From Methylophilaceae bacterium (GTDB lineage Bacteria; Pseudomonadota; Gammaproteobacteria; Burkholderiales; Methylophilaceae), in the NCBI GenBank assembly GCA_018398995.1, contig CP073759.1:1130311-1194310 (forward strand): a stretch of DNA of 64,000 bases, read 5' to 3'. Positions 58,210-64,000 of the stretch are shown piece by piece (the stretch's first letter is position 1; the number at the start of each line of letters is the position of its first letter). A program made the translations under genes and the position numbers. The notes beneath the pieces are model-generated. The model was given only the letters and a program-made list of their open reading frames with translations, searched no databases and was not told the DNA's origin.

Positions 58210-60456
58210 TTAACTGCTAGCTTTGATGCGTTTGATGAGTTTGTTGATGCCTTTGCGACCGATGGTGCGTTTCAGTTTGACTTTACAGTCGTAGGCTAAG
58301 AAAGCCATTTTTGCTGAGCGATCAAACTGTTTGCCATTTAATCCCAAATAAATTTGCATAAAGCGTTCACGTCCTGCTTGATGCAGTTTATGACAAGCGC
58401 GAACAAGATCGGCCAGCCTGTATTGCATGGGGAATGGTGATGTTTCTAGTGCACGAAGTCGTGCGGTATCAATTAACGAAAAGTGGAGTTGGTTATGCTC
58501 ATCTTGTTTAACCAAAATATTACCACCCGAAAAGTCTCTAAAGAAAATAAATCGTCCGTGCATGATGTGACAAAATTGCGCAAATTGTTTGTAGACTTCT
58601 TCAGGTGTTAACCCATGGTATGTCTGTTCACCTCGTGCAAAAGCAGCAAATATTTCACCAATACTGAAGTGGGACTCTACGTGTTCGCAAATATAAAAAT
58701 TTTGCTTGAGCGTGTTATCGCCCACTTTTTCGAAGTAGGCGATTGGTTGTGCGGTACCGATACCGCGTCTTAATAACTCAATTGCACCATTCCAGCTGCG
58801 TCTGGCTTTGCTCGGTTTAAAACGATCAAGTAATGTTTTGTGTGGATACATTTTGATAGGCTGTTTAACAGTCAGTTTGGCCTGTGCGTTTCTAGGGTCT
58901 TGGATTGCCCAAATAGCATTACGGGCATGACGCAATGATTGTGATTTATCCGGCGCAGTCAGCTTGTCTGGGTGCAGCCCGTCTATCAGTTGTTTGGCTT
59001 GGTTAGCATCGTTTGCTAACACTAAACCGCTCCAGCCATCTTGGTTGAATCTAAAATATTGTAAATTGTGTATGTGAGGATACATAGCGACATGATGCGC
59101 CACACTTGGTTTTGCTAGAACGGTAATGTTGTCGTTTGCTTCCCAACATAAATAAATAGGTGATTCGGAAATAAATTCGTTATTTCTGTTTAGCGGACTT
59201 CCATCACGATCTAGTATTTTTGCAGATTTTAACGACGCCTCACTGTAGATGTCAGCAAGATAAGCCACTTTACCGTTTGTTGTCCAGGCGATATGATATT
59301 GGATATTGCCTTGGGTAAAATGGTGAATTTCTAAATGTTTACCGTTGGCAATGGCGGCTTGATAGCGCGCACCATTAAATTTTTTAACCAGGGTTTGCAT
59401 GGCATCAAAACTAGGATGTCGCTTGTATTGCGCTAATTCACCATCTGCTGATTGATAATGGCTGATGCGCTCTAACTGCGGATACTCAGCGTCGGTTAAG
59501 CCATCGTTGATTAGCCCTTCACGATGACAGATTAGCGCACCCCAGTTGGCATGTTGTAAGGCGCCTGAAGCAGCTAATAAGGTGAAATAGCGTGTTAAAT
59601 AATCTGCTTGCTTTTGTTCACCATCTGGCAGGATGCGTTTAATACGATAAATCGCCCAAAATGCGGCGGACGAGATCGTTTGCGCAACGCCAAAATCATG
59701 TCCGATTTTTTGCAATAGACGTGCTTTTTTGATCAAATTGAATTTGAATACCCGTGTCCAAATATATTTAAAAACACGATGGTCATTGCGTTCTGGCTCT
59801 ATTACGCGTTCTACAAATAGATTGTCGGTATGTATATCGGGTAATTGGTTTTTAGCTTGTAAGATCTTGAGTAGACTAATGTTATACATGGGTTCAAAAT
59901 CTTGGACGTTAGGGCCTAGTAAGGGTATGTTGTACGATTTAATGGCTTTATAGGCAATCTCCCAAGCAATTAAAAAGCCATGAATGTGATAGCCTGCCCA
60001 GCGCTTGCGATTAATGGTGTTGCCAATTTCTATTTGTTTAATCGATGCACCATATCGGTTGAGTACTGTGGTTAAAAATTGCTGCCAGTGTGTTTGTTCC
60101 TGCTGTTCATGCATATTTTTTGCGGCATCAAACGGTGCGATTAGATGTAAGGTAATTTCAAACCCTTCTGTGATGAGTCTTTGTAAAAAACGCGCATTGA
60201 AGCTATCCAAATCATGGTAAGTAAAATCTAGCCGCACATGCTCAATACCTAATACTTTCAATTGATGAATGATATAACTATCTGTTTCGATATTGGCGTT
60301 TGAAGCGACGCAAATACCTAAAAAATTGTTCGGAATAACATGGCCATTAGCTGGTGGTAAGTGTGCGTTGCGAAGGTAAAAGCCACCTTTTAGCAGATAT
60401 ACCAAGGTGTTTAGCAGCATTTGCTTGATAAATGGCGCATGTTGTTTTGTTGTCAT
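58210..60456 (-). CDS. fusion protein: N-terminal TIM-barrel glycoside-hydrolase-like region plus C-terminal Kdo/WaaP-type lipopolysaccharide kinase-like domain
   Basis: 748 aa. The N-terminal ~500 aa resemble clan-A glycosidases (VRLDFTY, IEIGNTIN). The C-terminal ~230 aa have a kinase catalytic loop FRDFSGGNILV and LIDTAR. Confidence 0.65.
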   Translation of the reverse strand: MTTKQHAPFIKQMLLNTLVYLLKGGFYLRNAHLPPANGHVIPNNFLGICVASNANIETDSYIIHQLKVLGIEHVRLDFTYHDLDSFNARFLQRLITEGFEITLHLIAPFDAAKNMHEQQEQTHWQQFLTTVLNRYGASIKQIEIGNTINRKRWAGYHIHGFLIAWEIAYKAIKSYNIPLLGPNVQDFEPMYNISLLKILQAKNQLPDIHTDNLFVERVIEPERNDHRVFKYIWTRVFKFNLIKKARLLQKIGHDFGVAQTISSAAFWAIYRIKRILPDGEQKQADYLTRYFTLLAASGALQHANWGALICHREGLINDGLTDAEYPQLERISHYQSADGELAQYKRHPSFDAMQTLVKKFNGARYQAAIANGKHLEIHHFTQGNIQYHIAWTTNGKVAYLADIYSEASLKSAKILDRDGSPLNRNNEFISESPIYLCWEANDNITVLAKPSVAHHVAMYPHIHNLQYFRFNQDGWSGLVLANDANQAKQLIDGLHPDKLTAPDKSQSLRHARNAIWAIQDPRNAQAKLTVKQPIKMYPHKTLLDRFKPSKARRSWNGAIELLRRGIGTAQPIAYFEKVGDNTLKQNFYICEHVESHFSIGEIFAAFARGEQTYHGLTPEEVYKQFAQFCHIMHGRFIFFRDFSGGNILVKQDEHNQLHFSLIDTARLRALETSPFPMQYRLADLVRACHKLHQAGRERFMQIYLGLNGKQFDRSAKMAFLAYDCKVKLKRTIGRKGINKLIKRIKASS

Positions 60457-60579
60457 TTCACGGGCCTTTGTAAGTGATTAAAATGAGGCGTGACGGACGA
60501 AGTGGGTGTTGATTTCATCTTTGACTGAAGCAATTAAATAACCATTATAAATGTGAAATGATAAAACATGGAGTCTGCC

Positions 60580-61908
60580 TTATTTGTGCTTACGAATACA
60601 AGTCCAAGCTAAAAACCGTGATAAAAAAACCGGTTGACGCATGCACAGGATAATCATGAAGATGGCGCTTAACATGGAGGTGACTAAAAACAATTGTGGA
60701 ATGTTAAAACCCAGGCTAAAAATACAGAGTGAAAATAAGGCAGAAACCACCATAAATAAGGCATTCATTATATTGTTGGCTGCAATAATTCTAGATTGGT
60801 GACTTTTTTCTAATGGGCATTGAATAAAGGTATATAAGGGAACAATGTAGAAACCGCCAAATATACCAATCAATAGTATATCTAATAGCAAATGCAGATG
60901 CGTGAAACTGGACAGAAAATACAGATAAGAATGCGCTATTGTGGGCGCTATTGCGGTTGAAACGTGCGTGCTAGTCGCATATAAATCAATACCAAATAGG
61001 GTAATACCAATGCCACCAAACAGTACAAGTCCAAGTTCAATGCGGTGATTTGATAGTTTTTCACATAAGAGTGAGCCAATGCCGATACCCATTGAAAAAA
61101 CAGACAGCATTAAAATAAAGACACTCTCATCACCGTAAAGGGTGAGTTTTGCAAAGTTGGGCAATTGTGCCAGTAAAGTAGCGCCAAAAAACCAAAACCA
61201 AGAAATGCCAATAATAGCTAACCAAAGAGATTGACGTTGCCAAACAAATGTTAGATTACAGACGGTTTCTCTAAATAGGTGCCAGTTGATGGCTAGTTTA
61301 GGATCGACGGCAGCCGTGGCTGGCACGCTGCGGCTGCACCAGTAACCTATCATGGCTAATGTAATAATAGATAGACTAATGTTGAATTCGCGATGACTGT
61401 GCATGGCGAGCCAAGCACCTAATATTTGACCTAATAGAATAGCAATAAAGGTGCCTGTTTCGATCATACCATTACCGCCTAATAGCTCATCTTCATGCAA
61501 TTGTTGTGGTAGATAGGCGTATTTAACTGGCCCAAAAAGTGCTGATTGCGCACCCATCATAAAGAGTGTACTAGCCAGCAAAAGCATGCTGTGCATCAAA
61601 AATCCAATACTGGCAATCAACATGATGATGATTTCACATGCTTTTACTATTCGGATGAGTTGTGATTTTTCAAATTTGTCGGCAATTTGCCCAGCAGTGG
61701 CCGAAAATAAAAAGAAGGGGAGGATAAATAAGCCCGGCAGAAGCGTGGCCATCGTTGTTGCGTCTATGCTGGTGAGTTGGTTGGTACGAAAAACAACCAA
61801 GGTAATCAATGCCGTTTTAAAGACATTGTCGTTAAAAGCGCCTAAGAATTGGGTCAAGAATAATGCCCTAAACCGTTGCGCTTTAAATAGTTGGAATTGA
61901 TTACTCAT
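60580..61908 (-). CDS. MFS transporter, lysophospholipid transporter (LplT)-like
   Basis: 442 aa. The N-terminus FRALFLTQFLGAFNDNVFKTAL resembles LplT and the MFS module of LplT-Aas fusions. Confidence 0.7.
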   Translation of the reverse strand: MSNQFQLFKAQRFRALFLTQFLGAFNDNVFKTALITLVVFRTNQLTSIDATTMATLLPGLFILPFFLFSATAGQIADKFEKSQLIRIVKACEIIIMLIASIGFLMHSMLLLASTLFMMGAQSALFGPVKYAYLPQQLHEDELLGGNGMIETGTFIAILLGQILGAWLAMHSHREFNISLSIITLAMIGYWCSRSVPATAAVDPKLAINWHLFRETVCNLTFVWQRQSLWLAIIGISWFWFFGATLLAQLPNFAKLTLYGDESVFILMLSVFSMGIGIGSLLCEKLSNHRIELGLVLFGGIGITLFGIDLYATSTHVSTAIAPTIAHSYLYFLSSFTHLHLLLDILLIGIFGGFYIVPLYTFIQCPLEKSHQSRIIAANNIMNALFMVVSALFSLCIFSLGFNIPQLFLVTSMLSAIFMIILCMRQPVFLSRFLAWTCIRKHK

Positions 61909-62081
61909 GGATTAGTTGTATAAAGCGAATTGCCTGTCAGCCTATGGTTCCTATAGCGAAGCAGTTTATCATCCCTAGCCCATCTTGTTTAAGCCATTCA
62001 CAGTTTTGGAGAAATCAATGAGGTGCTTCAAAGGTGGCAAGTGCATTTAAGACGAGCATCGATTAATGCCGTTGCAATGCA

Positions 62082-63851
62082 CTATTGAAAGTTGATTTTA
62101 CTATAGCCGAGCAATGTGCCTGTCGCAAAAGCGGTATCGATTAATGCTGTTTGATAATCACTAATCGCCCGAATTTCTTTTATTTGCGCATCTCCCAAGC
62201 GCGTTAATGCTTCTAATACTTCTGTCATGGTTCTGAGACCTTCATTGAACTGCTTCAGCTCGGCCTCATAGTTAATACCAGCAATTAAGACTTGTTGTCT
62301 GGCGGCTAATATACGTTGCCAGTCTTGGTCTACTTTATCTAAAGCGTCATAAATTTCTCTTTTGACTGTGAGTGTTTGCAACGCTTTTGTTGTCAGTCGT
62401 TGTAATCGCTGTTGAACAGCATTTTCTAGTTTTGCTTTTCTTGCCTCATTTGTGAACGGCATTTCAAACTTAAACCCAATTGACCAATCACTGAAGTTGC
62501 CGTCAAGCACATTGCGATAGGTATTGTTGAAACTATTCGTGGTATTAGACAGCGCGCCATATTGATAATCTAAGGTAAACAGAGGTAGCGTTTGGTTTTC
62601 TAAATAATTAATATTGATGGCATCAGCAGCCAATTTCACTTCTTGTTGTAGTAACTCGAGACGATTAGACAAAGCATCTTGTAACAACTGATTTCTATTG
62701 AATTGGTACTTGACTAAACTAGGTTGTGTTTTCGGAATGATAATCTGTTCGGTCGTTTCGTTGATATCATTGGTAAAAAAATGAATTTGCCGCTGCGCTA
62801 ATTTTAAATTTGTTTCTGCAATAATCAATGCTTCCATTCTGTCAGCAACACCAATTTCTGCACGATTGATTTCTATTGTAGCGGTTAACCCTTCATTTAC
62901 TCTGCGTTTCACCATCTCTAAATTTTGATTAGCGTATTCGTATTGTTGACGGCGAATATCTAAATTACCCCATGCTTCATACAGCTCCCAGTAGGCTTTA
63001 TCAATGATGGCCACAATACGCATGCTTTGTAAGCGTGTTTTAACGTCTTCTTCTTGCCTATTTAAGCTGGCGATATTGATGCTCGCTTCATTGACGCGGA
63101 CGCCAGCATTTCTTAACAACGGCTGGCTGAATGAAAATTGTAAGGCGCTACGGTACTCTTTACTATCTGTTAGGCCTTCACTCATCTTTCTTTGTAGCGG
63201 AGAACTCAATGTAACCGTACCGCCCGTCCTGAGTGGCACCATCACACCAGCTTCTGCATCAAGATATCTTGATTGTTGCTCTAGCACATTTAATTTAACA
63301 TTTTGATTATTTAACGCAGGGTCGCTGGCCGTAAACTTAACACTATCAGATGAAAAGCCCGGCAAGTCTGTTTCAACCAGTTTTGCATAAGCAAAAATAA
63401 TATTATCAAATTTGGCTTCTTCCTCTCTCACGATAGTTTGGGCAAGGGTTGGTTGAAAATTGATGATTTTAATTTCTAAGTTATTCATCAGCGCTTTTTG
63501 CCTGATATCTGCAATAGAAACAAATTGACCACTTTCTTTGAGTAAATTTGGATTGATGCCATCAGGGTTGTCTGGACGATCAAAAGGGATGAGTGCCTTT
63601 TGTATATCAATGGTCAGTGGCTTTGTTTGCTGGATTACTTTTTTTTGTTTTTCAATTTCAGATTGCAAACTAGTTGGCGGCTCAATACTATAAGTTTCTG
63701 GCGAAAAAGTATTGTCAGTGCTCAACTGTTTATCAACACGTAATTGCACTGCTTTATTTGCAGCTAAGGCAATGTTAGTCTGTGCAAAAAAAAATAGCGC
63801 TAATAAGCATATGATGACGTTCATCGTTGACAACATGCGGATTATCATCAT
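62082..63851 (-). CDS. TolC-family outer membrane efflux protein
   Basis: 589 aa; signal peptide; two OEP-type coiled-coil/beta repeats. Its ATG overlaps the upstream gene's TGA (ATGA). Confidence 0.8.
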   Translation of the reverse strand: MMIIRMLSTMNVIICLLALFFFAQTNIALAANKAVQLRVDKQLSTDNTFSPETYSIEPPTSLQSEIEKQKKVIQQTKPLTIDIQKALIPFDRPDNPDGINPNLLKESGQFVSIADIRQKALMNNLEIKIINFQPTLAQTIVREEEAKFDNIIFAYAKLVETDLPGFSSDSVKFTASDPALNNQNVKLNVLEQQSRYLDAEAGVMVPLRTGGTVTLSSPLQRKMSEGLTDSKEYRSALQFSFSQPLLRNAGVRVNEASINIASLNRQEEDVKTRLQSMRIVAIIDKAYWELYEAWGNLDIRRQQYEYANQNLEMVKRRVNEGLTATIEINRAEIGVADRMEALIIAETNLKLAQRQIHFFTNDINETTEQIIIPKTQPSLVKYQFNRNQLLQDALSNRLELLQQEVKLAADAININYLENQTLPLFTLDYQYGALSNTTNSFNNTYRNVLDGNFSDWSIGFKFEMPFTNEARKAKLENAVQQRLQRLTTKALQTLTVKREIYDALDKVDQDWQRILAARQQVLIAGINYEAELKQFNEGLRTMTEVLEALTRLGDAQIKEIRAISDYQTALIDTAFATGTLLGYSKINFQ

Positions 63852-64000
63852 TTCTTAATCAATACTTCTTCTTGTGGAATACGCGGTGGGAATCCATTTA
63901 ATATACGCCAAATTTCGTAACCAATCGTCACTCTGTCTAGCAGGATCCAACCTTTAGCACTAATGCCTTGTTTTAGAAATCTAGCAGATGGCCATTCACT
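63848..64000 (-). CDS. 3' end of an upstream gene, possibly a HlyD-type periplasmic adaptor (partial, runs off the window)
   Basis: 50 sense codons open to the window edge (SEWPSARFLKQGISAKGWILLDRVTIGYEIWRILNGFPPRIPQEEVLIKK). Its position before a TolC gene suggests a membrane-fusion protein. Confidence 0.3.
   Translation of the reverse strand, partial: SEWPSARFLKQGISAKGWILLDRVTIGYEIWRILNGFPPRIPQEEVLIKK

Noticed and set aside
1-64000. Search for CRISPR arrays, transposases, integrases, reverse transcriptases, prophage genes and rRNA
   Set aside because: No regularly spaced direct repeats, no ORF with recognisable DDE, tyrosine-recombinase or YADD motifs, and no rRNA-like sequence was seen. 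The only mobile-type features are the short REP/MITE-like repeats.

Overview
This 64-kb window looks like ordinary chromosome from a Gram-negative, probably methylotrophic betaproteobacterium. That assignment is an inference from two orphan pqqA genes, Neisseria-style ATTCC-N-GGAAT repeats, gnd, and about 40-45% GC. Coding density is high. I saw no rRNA, CRISPR array, transposase or integrase. Recognisable content, left to right: waaA; an NrdR-boxed split class II ribonucleotide reductase (nrdJa/nrdJb) with palindromic repeats in the spacer; a low-GC two-gene islet (unknown protein + DUF488); slyX; small DUF proteins; cytochrome b561; a SOUL heme-binding protein; and an AraC regulator with a degenerate GGDEF protein. 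Next comes a Pho-box-controlled locus (TonB-dependent receptor, lipoprotein beta-propeller phytase, exbB-exbD-tonB and an alkaline phosphatase), then an FeS-BCP type photolyase/cryptochrome with an overlapping DUF2256 gene. Three paralogous secreted trypsin-like protease/TPR proteins are scattered across the window, and one has a textbook sigma-54 promoter. A minus-strand block carries SbtA/SbtB-like genes, a YerD-like FMN protein, an acetolactate-synthase-like ThDP enzyme and an aldehyde dehydrogenase. It is followed by egtB-egtD with a coupled PatB/MalY-type C-S lyase. The rest includes tRNA-Val and tRNA-Asp, a cation/proton antiporter, a 5'-truncated ANTAR regulator, alkB, tsaC/sua5, gnd, thiS-thiG-apaG-mltA, a decayed HEPN-like gene, a TIM-barrel/Kdo-kinase-like fusion, an LplT-like MFS transporter and a TolC-family protein. 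Features absent from the ORF track: two 23-aa pqqA genes, DUF2256, other small ORFs, Pho boxes, an NrdR box, a sigma-54 promoter, terminators, REP/MITE-like repeats, and a roughly 70-nt motif present twice with compensatory stem changes. All family calls were made by eye. No database search was run.
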